Shown: positions 1-14,546 of the stretch, piece after piece
Position numbering within the stretch: the stretch's first letter is position 1
Layout: each line of letters begins with the position of its first letter
Assembly: GCF_001194135.2 (NCBI RefSeq)
Contig: NC_068990.1
Span: 9,897,804 to 9,961,803, forward strand
Direction of reading: 5' to 3'
DNA from: Octopus bimaculoides
Lineage: Eukaryota
DNA length: 64,000 nt
Made by a program: the position numbers and the translations under genes
The notes under the pieces: generated by a model
The model's input: only the letters and a program-made list of their open reading frames with translations
Told to the model about the DNA's origin: nothing
The model's database searches: none

Positions 1-3000
1 TCTACGCTTCATGGTGTCATTTGGAAAATACTCTTTTGAAACGTATATCATATGTAATAAATGAACACCGAATAACTTTGCCTGAATTAAGAATATGTCA
101 GCCTGCTCCAGAAAAAACTCAATGTTCTACATGTTATTTTACAATGTTGCATTATATCAATTACCTTTTTAACTATATCTACCTTGATCCATGAGTCGCA
201 ATAAAAGCACGTCGAATAACTAAATATACGTGGATAATATAATTAATTGCAGTCCGAATTTCACCCATAGAAGAGGGGTTTATTATCTTTCGCAGTTCAC
301 CTACAGCCAAATGCAGTGACATCGGAGTTTTAGAGGAGTTATGTACAGATAGGACTGACCAAACTACATTTATATAGTCTGTATTTTGCTTTAAGTAACG
401 TGTGGTACTTCACTTATGAAAATACATTACTTAGTGCTAAGATTCCTAAGAAATATAATCCATAGTTATTTATGGTCAATGAACATCTGAACCAGATGAC
501 ACGAAATGAAGAGCACTTTATCTATATATTTGCACTTAATGTGTGGAGAAAAATGGAATCTTCTTTGAGCTAGAGCAAATTGTTTTGCACTTTTAAATGA
601 AAACTTCTAGCTATACATGATTTGTCACGCCCTACAAAAGAACATTTCAAAAAAAAAATATTGACAACGTATGGTTAAGTGTGCTGCAACAACAAAAGAA
701 AAAGAAACAAACTAACTTAGAAATATATGTTTGTTCTATTTCGCCAATCGTATATTACAAACAAAAGAAAAAAAATTAGGAATATAAGACAAATTTTGCT
801 ATTTGTAAATATTACAAATAGCAAAAAATGTATTCAAGCCAAATTTTCATTATATAGATATAAAATTTAACAATCCCAGTTTTAGAAAAAAAGTGTCATG
901 AAACCCCTTATATAGTATTACTTACAAATCGGTAAAGGATGTATGTAAAATGTATCTTCGCAAATTCTGATTTCAGACAATTTGATGAAGTAAAATTTCT
1001 AAACAACACAGAAATTAATGATTCCACCCAATGTGGTATCACCGATGTTTAAGTCAGAGAGCCTTAAGAGTACTAGCAGAATCTGATGCTAAAAGAAATG
1101 CATATAAATTCGCATTTGTTGGTAACGGTCACTGAAAGCAATTACGAAAGAAGTGTGCTTCTTATTTATTTACAGTGGATGCGGAGACTATATTTTTCAA
1201 TTACATTTTATGACAAGTTTCCTAAATGGCTTATTCAGACATGAAAGAAGAATGTACATTTCTTGTTTACAGGGTTTGCGTGACTAGCAACGGCACAAAA
1301 AGGAAAAAATTATGTCACAAGATATAGCCATAAAAATAACTTACAAAGTTATTCAGTTGTAATGACATTTGGTTTGAATGCTAGTGCGTCCATAAACAGA
1401 CAACCATTAAGAGCAATCAAACATCTGATAAAGTGTGGAATATATGAAGTCAAATATTAATGCTTTCATTGAAGGAGCTTCTATGCATATTTCAGTCTGT
1501 CCTTATCCTCTGGTATTTCATGTTGTGGGATCGAATCCACTGTCCAGCTAATTCCTAACTACAGATGCGAGACTGCGAAGTAGCGATAGTCTGATTTCCA
1601 TTCTTTCGCTTCAAGTTTATTTTACATTCAATTATATGAAACATAACATTTTGTTCGATAGCAAAGTGACAGGGGCAAATACTGCTGCTAGATGCACTAA
1701 CAATTATTTTATATTAAGAAACAAGGAAAGCAAGGAGCCAATAATGTTTCCTATCCAATTATACGCATAACATTATACTTTGAAATATTTAGTTCCATTC
1801 GAAAACGTCAGGGGGTTAATATATGAATTTAGCCGTTTCTTTCTCTGTGCCTTCAGACATTTTAAAAATAGATACCCAAAAAATTGTCACTAAAGATTAG
1901 GCACGACCGGAAAGTACTATACTTTATGAATTTTGATTAATTAAAATATTTATATTATATAACCTTGTATTATGAGGTTATAATTATTTTTGTCATTGCC
2001 AAGGGTGTAATATATTAGTTATGGCTTACTTATGCAAAAGTTGCCTATTCCCTATATTGCATTGAATGTAATTGGAATTCCCATTTCTACATTTAATCTT
2101 CGCAGTTTCTATGTTTTCTTGACTTCAAAATTTATAAGATTTTTTAGACAATATTCTACATTTGTACATAATGAATTCAACGTACTTCTGCATCAATGTG
2201 TAACATCACTTGGTTCCTTGAGTAAGTTCTTTATTTCCATCTTATTTGAAGCGTCGCACAATACTTCATCTAATTTACTTGCAATAGATTTATTAGACCG
2301 TTTGAAATCTAACATAGTAACGTGAGTCTGGTATTACAATGCATTACTTTACACTCAGAATCCATATATCTGAAAGTAATTTTACGTTTCCGACTTTCAT
2401 TTCTTTCCATGGTCTAAGGCGAAACGTACGTAAGTATAAAATTGCACGTGATATATATATATTATATTATATTATATTGTATATTATTTTACACTGAGTG
2501 CAGAACAAGATGCTTGCAAAAATTCTTACTAACCTATACACAGATAATTGACGACTACAAAACCCTTCGGAGGTTCCGTACAAAGCGACATTACGCTGGA
2601 ACAATACACATGTGTATGTTTTATTCTCCTCACACTTTCAATACCATTATCTGCAGGGTATATCGTCAATATTACAAAAGCAATGCAGCCCGTCCTATTC
2701 TCAGGAACAACAACACTATTTGACGATGCCAAATTTATCCTATAGCATTAAGTTCAATCAACTGAAAGGTGATGTAGGTAGTCTGTAACCACAAGCTGTT
2801 CAAGCAATATTGCTTCTATAAAAAACGCAAAAACAACACTAAATATATGATCAAGTAAACCTTATTTCCATGAATCCCAAGATAATATGAAAGTCAAGCA
2901 ATGTTTTCTGTAATTAAGTTCGTGCATAATTTTAGAATATTCTATTGCTGAATTTATGATATTATTTGTATATGAAGTCATTTATAATTTCTATGAATTT

Positions 3001-4185
3001 TAATAGCAGAATCTATAAAGTTATTTTAGATAATATATTCAATTTGTCGATGTTCAAGAGACATACATCTTTGCATGAATGTGTGTCCATTATATAACAT
3101 CAGTGAGCTCCTTGTGTCACATTATTTCACTAATATTTGATACGTTATGTAATACTGTTCCTATACATGATATTGTATATTGCGGTAGTCAAAGGTTAAC
3201 GTGGTGTAATGAATCCATTTGCAAAACTGATCTAGTGAAGAATGTAGGGCAGAAGTATTCCGACGAAGGATAGTTGAGAGGATAGGAAAGGATAGAAAAA
3301 GAGACATACATTAAGTGTTCAACTCTCCTCAACTTCTCTTTTTAGCTACTATTCTTCTTTGACCAGCATCAAGTATGATTGTTTATTCGACAGCAAATAT
3401 ATTTAAGCAATTACAATTATCTCTAAATGATTATTTTTTTCAATTTTTTCGAGGTTAATATTGTTCAACCTTGTAAACCACTAGGTTCTGAAATTAACAA
3501 TGTATATATGTATATATATATATATATATATATGCATGCATAGAGAGAAGCTTATACGTAGATACATAATGTGTACATATGGAGTTAAGCATGTGTGTGT
3601 ATGTGCGTGCACCGCCTACTTCGACTACATCCAATTCTGCTAACAAGTAAATTATATATACATACAGGAATTCTGTTTTCATATAAATAAATCAAAAATC
3701 CCAACAATCATCATTTACTGTAGAAATAAGAATTCTACACTAAAGCATACGAATTCTGACATGTTTTACTGCTTGTGGTTATATTTTCTTGTGAATATTT
3801 TGTTACATATTATAAACATTGACTCCTCTACATTGGTTTATTGTAATGGGCCAAATTCCGTGCCGGTCACTTTCCATACGCAGTGTACATCACATTAATA
3901 TTGAAATTTATTGCTATTAATTTCTTTTTAGAACTTGTTTTAAATAATTAGAATGTTGTCAGGCAAACTTTTATAGTTTGTCTGATTCAAGTCATATATT
4001 TAACGGAATATATTTAATATATTGATAATAAATGTAAAAAGGAAAATTATGTGTTATAGAATAACCATTTCCCAAAGGAATAATCATTGTTTTTGAAACG
4101 ATTTATATATATAAATCTGATGCAATATTTATTTCTCAGAATTTTGCGCAGCATTAACAATCGTTTATTCATTAATGCATAGACA

Positions 4186-4565
<380 letters not shown>

Positions 4566-5350
4566 TCTATATTTATATATGTGTGCCTTTGTGTGTTTAT
4601 GTCTTTGAGTGTAGGTTGTTCTAAATATACATTATTTCCAGATAAATTTCAAACAGTCAATCTAACTGTTGCCAAATCATTGAAACTTTTACTCAGGTGT
4701 ATTGAAGTGGACTTTCAGTCAACCTTTCCACAACATTTTGAACTTCTAAGTCGTCATGAACGATTGAGAAAAAATTGTGATCGAATAGATACAGAGTATA
4801 TTCTTGCTTGAACATTTTTTTTCAAAATGTATGCGAGTAGGTAAGAATAACAATCTATTATTAAATTTTATTGAGCTTTCATTGGAGTAGATTTACAGTA
4901 TGCAAATTAAACGGGGAATGGTACTATAGAAAACTAAATAAAAATCAATGCCGTTTCTCTGAAGAGATAATTATATTTTTACTGTCGCAATGGTGTTCGT
5001 AATGAGGGTAAATTTAAATGTTTCATGACAGTAATATATCTCTATATTTTTCGGTGCTGTAAATGGTCGGACAAAAATATGAGATACTGCGCAAGGCCAT
5101 ATGCTGGAAAGATATTGGTTTTAGAAATTTAGTATAAATTACGTCAAGAAATTATCTATATCCCAATTATAGTGTCGCGTTTTTTTTTTTATGAATGGAT
5201 GCATTTAGTTTAACTATACATTGATATAGGAAATATTTACTACATTTTATGTCAATAAACCACTATTAATTCTGAAAGTTGTTTTTTTAATATCTTCTAC
5301 GGACTGCTCGAATCTTACTTTCTTCATACACATTGAACCTTGTATATATA

Positions 5351-5729
5351 GGCGCAGGAGTGGCTGGGTGGTAAGCAGCTTGCTTACCAACCACATGGGG
5401 CAAGTGTCTTCTACTATAGCCTCGGGCAGACCAAAGACTTGTGAGTGGATTTGGTAGACGGAAGCTGAAAGAAACTAGTCGTATATATGTATATATATAT
5501 ATGTATATGTCTGTATATGTTGTGTGTCTGTGTTTGTCCCCCAACATCGCTTGACAACCAATGCCAGTGTGTTTACGTCCCCGTAACTTAGCGGTTCGGC
5601 AAACGAGATTGAGAGAATAAGTATAAGGCTTACAAAGAATAAGACCTGGGGTCGATTTTCTTCCACTAAAGGCGGTGCTCCAGCATGGCCGCAGTCAAAT
5701 CACTGAGACAAGTAAAAGAAAATAATAAA
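5351..5729 (+). mobile_element. tRNA-derived SINE, family A, internally deleted head
   Basis: Head GGCGCAGGAGTGGCTGGGTGGTAAG. The body and the GGCGGTGCTCCAGCATGGCCGCAGTC tail are shared with 38326-38712. Confidence 0.85.
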
Positions 5730-5732
5730 AGA

Positions 5733-5789
<57 letters not shown>

Positions 5790-5834
5790 TATGGGGGGGG
5801 GTTGTGTGTGTGTGTGCGCGTGTGTATGTGTGTA

Positions 5835-6045
5835 AGTGTATTTACACGCTACTATCGCTTGATAATCGGTTTGCTGTGTTTACATCCCTGTAACACAGCC
5901 GTTCGGCAAAAAAAAAGAAAAACTATAGAATAAGCGCCAGGCTTTTAAAAAACTATTAGTATTGCTGTCGATCTATCCGACTTAAACTTTTTCAATACAG
6001 TGCACCTGCATGGCCGCAGTCTACTGACTGAAATAAGTAAAACAT
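5835..6045 (+). mobile_element. SINE family A, 3' half
   Basis: Similar to 5540-5720 (CGCTTGATAATCGG...GCATGGCCGCAGTC). Confidence 0.7.
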
Positions 6046-6270
6046 AAATGATAGAAAAATTAAGTAGCAGCTCTTCCTGACCTATCCTAGCTATATATCA
6101 AATATAAAATAAAAAAAGGTACTGAGAATATACAGAATTTGTGCAACTATCCAGTAATTTATATACTTATTACCTGCCACAATAGTCTTACTACTTGGAA
6201 CAGAGTTGGGTGCGCGCATGCAAAAGCATGCAGGTACACAGACTTGTAATCAATGTATTTCTAAACAAAT

Positions 6271-6490
6271 GCGGTGAGCTGGCAGAATTGTTAGCACGCC
6301 GGACGAAACGCTTAGCCGGATTTCGTCTGCTGCTACGTTCCGAGTTCAAATTCCGCCAAGGTCGACTTAGCCTTTTTTTTCTTTTCGGCGTCGGTTAAAT
6401 AAGTACCAGTTATGCACTGTAATCAGTGTAATCCCTTTGTCTGTCCTTGGTTGTCCCCTCTATGTTTAGTCACCCGTGGGCAATAAAGAA
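6271..6490 (+). mobile_element. tRNA-derived SINE, family B
   Basis: GCGGTGAGCTGGCAGAATTGTTAGCACGCCGG head, GAGTTCAAATTCCG B-box-like motif and AATAAGTACCAGTT body. Confidence 0.85.
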
Positions 6491-7519
6491 TTATATTTCT
6501 AAACACCCCGTTGTTAAATACGTTTCCAATGTGCACTTGGTCTGAACATTAAATTCTAGAAATTGAAAAGGGTAGACCCGATTCAGCTTCATAGATATGT
6601 AAACTTTAGAATAACATATATATAAAGTAAATTATGATTTTTGAAAATGATATAACATTAAAAATCATTTAAACCTTTGATGCACCATGCTATTTTAAGA
6701 ATTATTACGGTCTTTCTATTAACATTAGATAACGTATTCAATATGTTTCTTTTTTTTGTGGGGTGGAGGGCAATATATAAAAGAGATAAGGAGTATCCTT
6801 TATAGATACGTTCATACATAAAAGCATACGATCATACACACGTGCATACATGCAAACATGTATACATACATACATATGTACATACGTACATAGATACATA
6901 AATGCATGCATATGTATATATACATATGTACGTACATACATGCATATATACATAGATGCATGCATATGTGTATATACATACGTGCATACATAGACACACA
7001 CACATACATACATACATACATACATATATACATACATATATACATACACACATACATACATATACATGCATATATAAGCGCATTACTATAAAATAATTCG
7101 AGAAGATGTGTTTCTTAACAATACAATAAAGCAAACCTCTCGGCGTACGCCATATTAATTGGATTCATAGAGAATTTATAAACTAGTGTGGGGATTACCA
7201 TTTAAAATCCCCTGGCTGAGCAAATTCTCAAAATCCAATACGCATGTGGAGAAAAATCAGTAGCACATAAAGACTAATGAAGAGCTTCCCTTATTATATA
7301 AAAGGGACAGCCACGGTCACTGTGTGGAGTCCACTTTAGACACACGTAGCCACATACTTATAGCACACAGTTTTCTTTGCCATACGGACTCCGTCAATGA
7401 CCGACTTGTCTTTTAAATATTTACGTAAATACCAAAGAAATCAAATAAACATAAACAAGCATACAAACAGATATACATACATACAAAATAATATATAAAT
7501 AGCTGTAAATATACATACC

Positions 7520-7579
<60 letters not shown>

Positions 7580-8446
7580 NNNNNNNNNNNNNNNNNNNNN
7601 NNNNNNNNNNNNNNNNNNNNNNNNNNNNNNNNNNNNNNNNNNNNNNNNNNNNNNNNNNNNNNNNNNNNNNNNNNNNNNNNNNNNNNNNNNNNNNNNNNNN
7701 NNNNNNNNNNNNNNNNNNNNNNNNNNNNNNNNNNNNNNNNNNNNNNNNNNNNNNNNNNNNNNNNNNNNNNNNNNNNNNNNNNNNNNNNNNNNNNNNNNNN
7801 NNNNNNNNNNNNNNNNNNNNNNNNNNNNNNNNNNNNNNNNNNNNNNNNNNNNNNNNNNNNNNNNNNNNNNNNNNNNNNNNNNNNNNNNNNNNNNNNNNNN
7901 NNNNNNNNNNNNNNNNNNNNNNNNNNNNNNNNNNNNNNNNNNNNNNNNNNNNNNNNNNNNNNNNNNNNNNNNNNNNNNNNNNNNNNNNNNNNNNNNNNNN
8001 NNNNNNNNNNNNNNNNNNNNNNNNNNNNNNNNNNNNNNNNNNNNNNNNNNNNNNNNNNNNNNNNNNNNNNNNNNNNNNNNNNNNNNNNNNNNNNNNNNNN
8101 NNNNNNNNNNNNNNNNNNNNNNNNNNNNNNNNNNNNNNNNNNNNNNNNNNNNNNNNNNNNNNNNNNNNNNNNNNNNNNNNNNNNNNNNNNNNNNNNNNNN
8201 NNNNNNNNNNNNNNNNNNNNNNNNNNNNNNNNNNNNNNNNNNNNNNNNNNNNNNNNNNNNNNNNNNNNNNNNNNNNNNNNNNNNNNNNNNNNNNNNNNNN
8301 NNNNNNNNNNNNNNNNNNNNNNNNNNNNNNNNNNNNNNNNNNNNNNNNNNNNNNNNNNNNNNNNNNNNNNNNNNNNNNNNNNNNNNNNNNNNNNNNNNNN
8401 NNNNNNNNNNNNNNNNNNNNNNNNNNNNNNNNNNNNNNNNNNNNNN
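7580..8446. other. Assembly gap
   Basis: N run. Other large gaps are at 40818-41517 and 61681-62459, and most gaps are flanked by microsatellites. Confidence 1.
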
Positions 8447-8630
8447 ATATATAGGTGAGAAAGTTGGTATGTGAAAGTACGTGGTTGGATGTATAAAAGA
8501 TAAACAAGTGTGAAAAAAATTACACAAGGCTTGTTTTACATGGTTAAAGTATACATTTAAATTGTTATGTCAGAAACATGTTATAAAATTTATATATATA
8601 TGCGTGTTTGTGTGTGTGTACACACCTATG

Positions 8631-8683
<53 letters not shown>

Positions 8684-10317
8684 TCATCTATCTATCTATA
8701 TATAAAAACCTTTATATAAGCATGTGTTATTCCATGTTTTTGTGCGCGTTTCGACATATATTTTTATGGGTGATTAAATTCCCGATGCGAATCACATTAA
8801 TTTTTGTTGGATTCTTGATTTTACAATCTTTATATCTAATATGAATAATATGAAACTTCCAATATCTGCTGCTTTGGTATGTTTCTCGCAATGGAGATTT
8901 CTTATTAACAGCAATTTAATAGGCTTCAATGAAGCTTACATGCTGCCCCTTTTTGGAAGATTAACGCAGTATTATGAATATTGCTAATTCTATACAGATG
9001 GTGTAGTAAGCCGCTGCACGAGTATTACATGTTTATATTTAGTGAAACTAACTTTCGAGTAATCACATCTATTTAAACAAGCAAGCAGAGAAGGCCCGAA
9101 AGTGAGAGGACAAATGAGAATGTGTAATGAAAGACCGGAAATGCGTGGGCGATTGAGAGAGGGAAAGAGAGAGAGAGAGAGATGGGGGAGAGATGGAGGG
9201 CTAGTGAGAGAGAGAAATAGATATAAATTGATATAGAGAGAGAGACGCTTGAGAGATGCTTCTATATATTTTATGTGAATAGAATTTAGTATCTATATAT
9301 TTGGGGGAAGAGCTGGAATTTGATACTTAACGTTATAAATTTGTTTTTATTTACTGCATCATAAGCATCGGAAGCAAAAGTGTAGGATTTATACTTGCTA
9401 GCGATGATAGCCTGCGCCCTTTCGAAGGGAATGAAGGATAAAAGCTTTTACGTTGTTATTTTTTTTACGGTTATACCTAGGTTTCGAATTTTATTTAGAA
9501 AATAAGATAATTTGCCAGGTGAAATTCCCATCAGTAACCATGACATAACATTGGCATATAAGTTAGAGACAAATAACAACTGTCTCATCATTATATGTTA
9601 TAATTCTTCAAATTCATCCCACAAGCGCAGTTTCAATAGGCAGCAAATGAAAAATATATATGATTGTCTCTGTGTCTATATGTGCGTGACAATGTGCGTT
9701 TCTGCGCGCGTGCAAGGTATTGTCACAATGTACATGTGGCAACTATTGCGTCACCACGGAATCAAGGCAAGAACACGAATAGCGACGATTATGTTAGTGA
9801 CAGATGAAAAGAACTCAATCTGATTATAGGCGAAAAGAAGTGACAGCTGTAATTGAAATGTAATCCAGGAAGCCACTAGATAAAGTGGGAAGGGACATAT
9901 AAGGACTCGACAAAATAGTAGTAGGCGTTTCTATCCGCGTGTTACCATTACACCAAGTTACTAAGTGTGTTACCGTTCCCCAGCGAACCAGCCAGCTCCT
10001 TTCTGTCAAATTTAAGAACTATATTATTTCGGAATTCTTTTTTGTGAACAAACTTATATGTGCTTTCGGTGCGAATGGTTATATTATACGGTGCCGACTT
10101 TCACTATCCTGCAAATCTATACGATAATGGAGAAAGCTGCTTCTTAATTAGGTATGTAACAATTAATAAAAGTACTGAAAGGAAGTAATAATTAAAAGTC
10201 TTTTCGTCTGGAAATATTTTAATAAATCCATTTTCTAAGAAATTTCCTGTAATTTCCATTTCTCAAGATTATTGCATTTTTTAACTAAAATTTCTCGCAC
10301 ATTTAAGTATTCTTTTC

Positions 10318-10690
10318 TACTTTAGGCACAAGGCCCGAAATTTTGGGGGAGGTAGCCAGATGATTAGATCGAACTCAGTACGCAACTGGTACTTAATTTA
10401 TCGACCCCGAAAGGAAAAGTCGACCTCGGAGGAATTTGAACTCAGAATGTAAAGACAGTCGAAATACCGCTAAGTATTACGCCCACAAAAGGCTAAACAT
10501 AGAGGGGACAAACAAGGACAGACAAAGGAATTAAGTCGATTACATCGACCCCAGTGCGTAACTGGTATTTAATTTATCCAACACAATAGGATGAAAGGCA
10601 AAGTCGACCTCGGCTAAATTTGAACTCAGAACGTAACGGCAAACGAAATACCGGAAAGCATTTCGCCCAGCGTGCTAATGTTTCTGCCAT
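10318..10690 (-). mobile_element. Two adjacent or nested family B SINEs with different 3' tails
   Basis: GTCGACCTCGG..ATTTGAACTCAGAA occurs twice (about 10418 and 10603). One tail matches 39350-39395, the other matches 6430-6470. Confidence 0.8.
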
Positions 10691-11819
10691 GCATTCACTG
10701 CGGAATTTTTTATTTCCAAAGTCTCTCACTTTCTCTTTCAAGTTTTAATTCACTATTAATGTATACGTAAGGTAAACATATTATTTATTGAATGAAAGTT
10801 TTTTAAATACCCATATTTTTTTGAACGCAGGAGAGCTGTGAGAAGAGCCTAGAAGGGTGGGTAATTAGTATTAGAAAACGAGGAGAATAAAACAAAATGT
10901 TACCGACGAGTACACGAAACTGGCACCTTATTCAGTTTCCAAGCACAACTTCAACAGTAACACACACACACACACGCTCACACACACACATACCGCCACA
11001 CACACACACACACACAATACACACTCGCACACACACATGGATACACATACACATATTAAAAGCAATGAATGTGTTTGTGCGTGTGTGTGTGTGCGTGCGC
11101 GCTGTTCATGGACAAAACTTCGTGCTGCATCACTTTTGAGAAGTTTCTGTAGTGAACAGGTCGCAGTTTTAAAGAGACGAAAATATTTTCACACAAATGA
11201 CGTTTAAATGTTGAAGTAAAAATAACGGTATTTGTGTGTTCTTGAATAGTTTACAAACATCTTCTACGCTGCAATTGTTTTTGTTTCATCACACGATCTC
11301 AAACCAAATCACTTGCTTTGCAAGTACATCTCCATAAATTCTTAAATTCACTGTGGAAAATGCCAGGAATGACCTGCTCAAGCTTTCCAATATTTTTATT
11401 TCTAACCAGAAACAATCGGAGGCAGGGAGTGGGGTTGCCAAAAATTTATAATTTCTCAAATTTTCTTTGGATGTGCTAGAAAGGACAGCCAAATGGCACT
11501 TAAATCACTTTTGCCGCTGAAAATATTCTAGGCGTAGTTTATAGGCGTAGAAGGTTGTAGATTATAGGCCTAGTTTATAGGCGTACAACCTTCTAGGCCT
11601 ATAAACGAGTCTTTTCCCATGCTTTTCGATAAGCTGTAAAAAGTTACTTTATAATTCTCGGTTAGTATCTAGGATTGTTATGATTGCGAATAAAAACCAA
11701 GTCATAAAGCAGGTAAAAATCCAGGCTACATAGGAAAATCTAAGTTAATGAAATTTAAGTATGTTACATCATAGGATCTCTATTAGATTAATATAATTTG
11801 AATCTGATAATGATGCTGG

Positions 11820-13080
11820 TATTTAGCTGTTCTGAAAATAATGGCCGATTTCAGAAACATAATTTTATTCTGGAAAAATTATCAATAGAAATGTTTTGAA
11901 TAGTCAAAATATGAACCATGAAAATCTATGCATCTCTGCCATCGATCAACAAGATTATTTATGCCACGTTCATAAAAAAAAAACTGATTGGCTTTGGTGC
12001 TAAGAACATTTTAAAAGCTGATTCCAACTCTGGTTTGGACCTGAAAGCTTTATCACCTAAAAATGTGTTTAAATGCTTAAAAAATGGTAGTTAGTGGGTG
12101 AAGGATGAGGAGAATATGGAGGATGTGGTATATTCTCGTATCCCAAGTCTTCTGCAGCCTCATTCTTGCAACATGTGGCTTTGCATTACCATGGAGCAAA
12201 ATTGGGCCACGCCGATTCACCAATGCAAGTCTCATTCTTTGCAAGACAATATGCATTTCAGCGAGCTGATTGCAGTAACGCTCCGCTGTAATGCTTTGAT
12301 TGGCTTCCAGAAAGCTGTTAAAGAGAACACCAATTGCAGACCACCAGGCAGTGACCATAATCTTTTGCTGATGCTATTTTTGCTTTGGGAAATGCTTGAG
12401 GGACTCATCACGATCAAACTATTGACCTGATCGTTTACGGTTATCATAAGTGAGCATTCACACCAGGAAAGCATCATTGATTTTTCGCATATAAAGGACC
12501 GAGCACACTTCAAAACGCCGAACCTTTTGATTTTCATTGATTTCATGCAGTGCCCATTTATCGAGCTTTTTCACCTTACCAACTTTCTGTAGATTGCGTG
12601 AGACCGTTGAAATACCGATACCAAGTGCTTGAAACATTTCTCTGACACTTTCACGAGGGTTTTGTTCAACAATTGCATTCATATGTTCATTGTGAAGACT
12701 GCATGACTATCTTCTACCTTCTTCATCTTCAAGGCTCTTATCACCACTACAGAATTACTGAAACTACCTTTGTACTGTGCAATCACCTGTGGACCCCTCT
12801 CCCTATGCTTTATTGATATTGGCAGCAGTTTGGTAGGCATTGTGCCTAAGCTTTAACTCATTCAAGAAAAGTGAGTGAAGGTTCTTTTTTGTCATTTTCA
12901 TATTCAAGAAGCTTCTGCTTGAAGAATGTTTTCTTTGGAACATATGTCGAAATTATTAAAGAGCATACATCGATTATTATGTATGTCGAAATTCACCTAA
13001 ATATAATTAAAATACTATGATAAAATTGCGTTTCAAAACAAAACGCCTAGAGCGGCCGTGATTTTCGGAACAATCTAATA
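11820..13080 (-). mobile_element. Near full-length decayed mariner (DD34D-type) transposon
   Basis: Minus-strand frames give FLxEFKLGHNA, KSLEDEEGR, KLDKWALHE, ILLHGNAKPHVA, PHPPYSPHPSPTNYHFFKHL and DRWQRCIDFHGSYFD, broken by stops and frameshifts. Degenerate TIRs: TATTTAGCTGTTCTGAAAATAATGGCCG at 11820 and the reverse complement of TATTAGATTGTTCCGAAAATCACGGCCG ending at 13080. Confidence 0.9.
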
Positions 13081-14465
13081 GCATATGTAGTGAGCAACTG
13101 CTAGTAAATATTTAAAAATCTGATCTTTCTATTTCCTGAATAGAAATATATTGGCTTTGCCCACATCAATCTATAGCTATACAACGCATGTGCCCATAGG
13201 TAGGGAAACACACACTTACAGACGCTGACTTCTATGTATATAAGCATAGTGAGACAAATCTCAATCTGTACGACTCACGACAGTGGGCTGAGAAAGGGCT
13301 GAATTCAAGCTGCTGCTTCTTGTCAATCGGAATCGCATGGATTTTGTTCCTATCAGCAACATTTCCCTTCGGTATTTCTTCACATGGCATGGTGTCCATG
13401 CTGATCATATTAAAGGAAATCTGGAGCACAACATCGTGGAATAGCATAGAATGAGTACTCCGATTGGAATAAACTTTCATACCATCCTTTCACCAGAAAC
13501 ATAGCTGGCTGCAGCGATATAAAATGAAGGAAAAATTTTTTATGATATATTGGCTTTTATTTGCATGTATAAATTCTTCGGTGCATGGAGTGAATAGAAT
13601 ATTTTTTTATAATAAGTCATTATATTTCAATACTTCCTGAGAAATGGTAAAGGTTTGCATAAATGGCTGGCTCTTCATCGAAAGAAATGAAACCTAGCAT
13701 TCTACTTGTTTTAAATATATATAGGACTTTTATGTTCTGTGTTCCTTTTTGATAAAGTTTATAATAATTGGGGTTATAGAAATTTTCGAGTTTTATTTTC
13801 TAGACATTACAAGATTAAACGCTTTTTATGTTCCGATTGACTAGATATTGAATGAACGATTTCTTTACTTATGTTTGAATATTTGTGATTATTGTAACCT
13901 TGCATATGATTGTCGTTTATAAAAGGAGTGAGATTTACTTATAATGGAAATGTTTTAATATATTCTGTAAGTATTGATTTATTGATTTGTGCATTGAAGT
14001 ATATTCAGATATTAATACGGAATTAAAGGTGAGGCTTAATGTTTTGTGATGGATTCTATATCGAACAGCTATGCATAATTATTAATTCTGTCACTTAATG
14101 GCTATGTCCAGTTTTGTCAAAAGAGTTATGCAGCATTACTTTATTTAAGATGCATCATTCCTCATCAAATATTTTCTCTGATGTAGAAGTGAGAAAATAT
14201 ATTCTACAACGGCGTCTTACTGATATGATCGTTTTGAATGTGTTTATTCGTTTTTAAGTTTTTAATAAGTACTGGTCGAGAAAAAAGCACAGAGCTGGTA
14301 GCCTTTTTGAAAATGTGAAGTACGATTTTTCCACAGATTTTAAGATATTTACAGACTTCACCTTATTTTTTACAACTTTACTCGTGCTAAAATGATACAA
14401 TCTCAACTTTAACTGTATCTTTACATGTGAAGGTATATACTGTCAGTCACATCCATCCACCCACA

Positions 14466-14546
<81 letters not shown>

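Noticed and set aside
2032-2745. Several short overlapping ORFs in repeat-poor sequence
   Set aside because: No recognisable domain, stops in alternative frames and no consistent splice chain. It may be UTR or intron.
7413-8527. Long ORFs in the track spanning N runs or microsatellites (also 40294-41730, 49760-50356, 61467-62602)
   Set aside because: They consist of X residues or YI/CV/HT/LS dipeptide repeats and are not real coding sequence, apart from the R4 segment listed as a feature.
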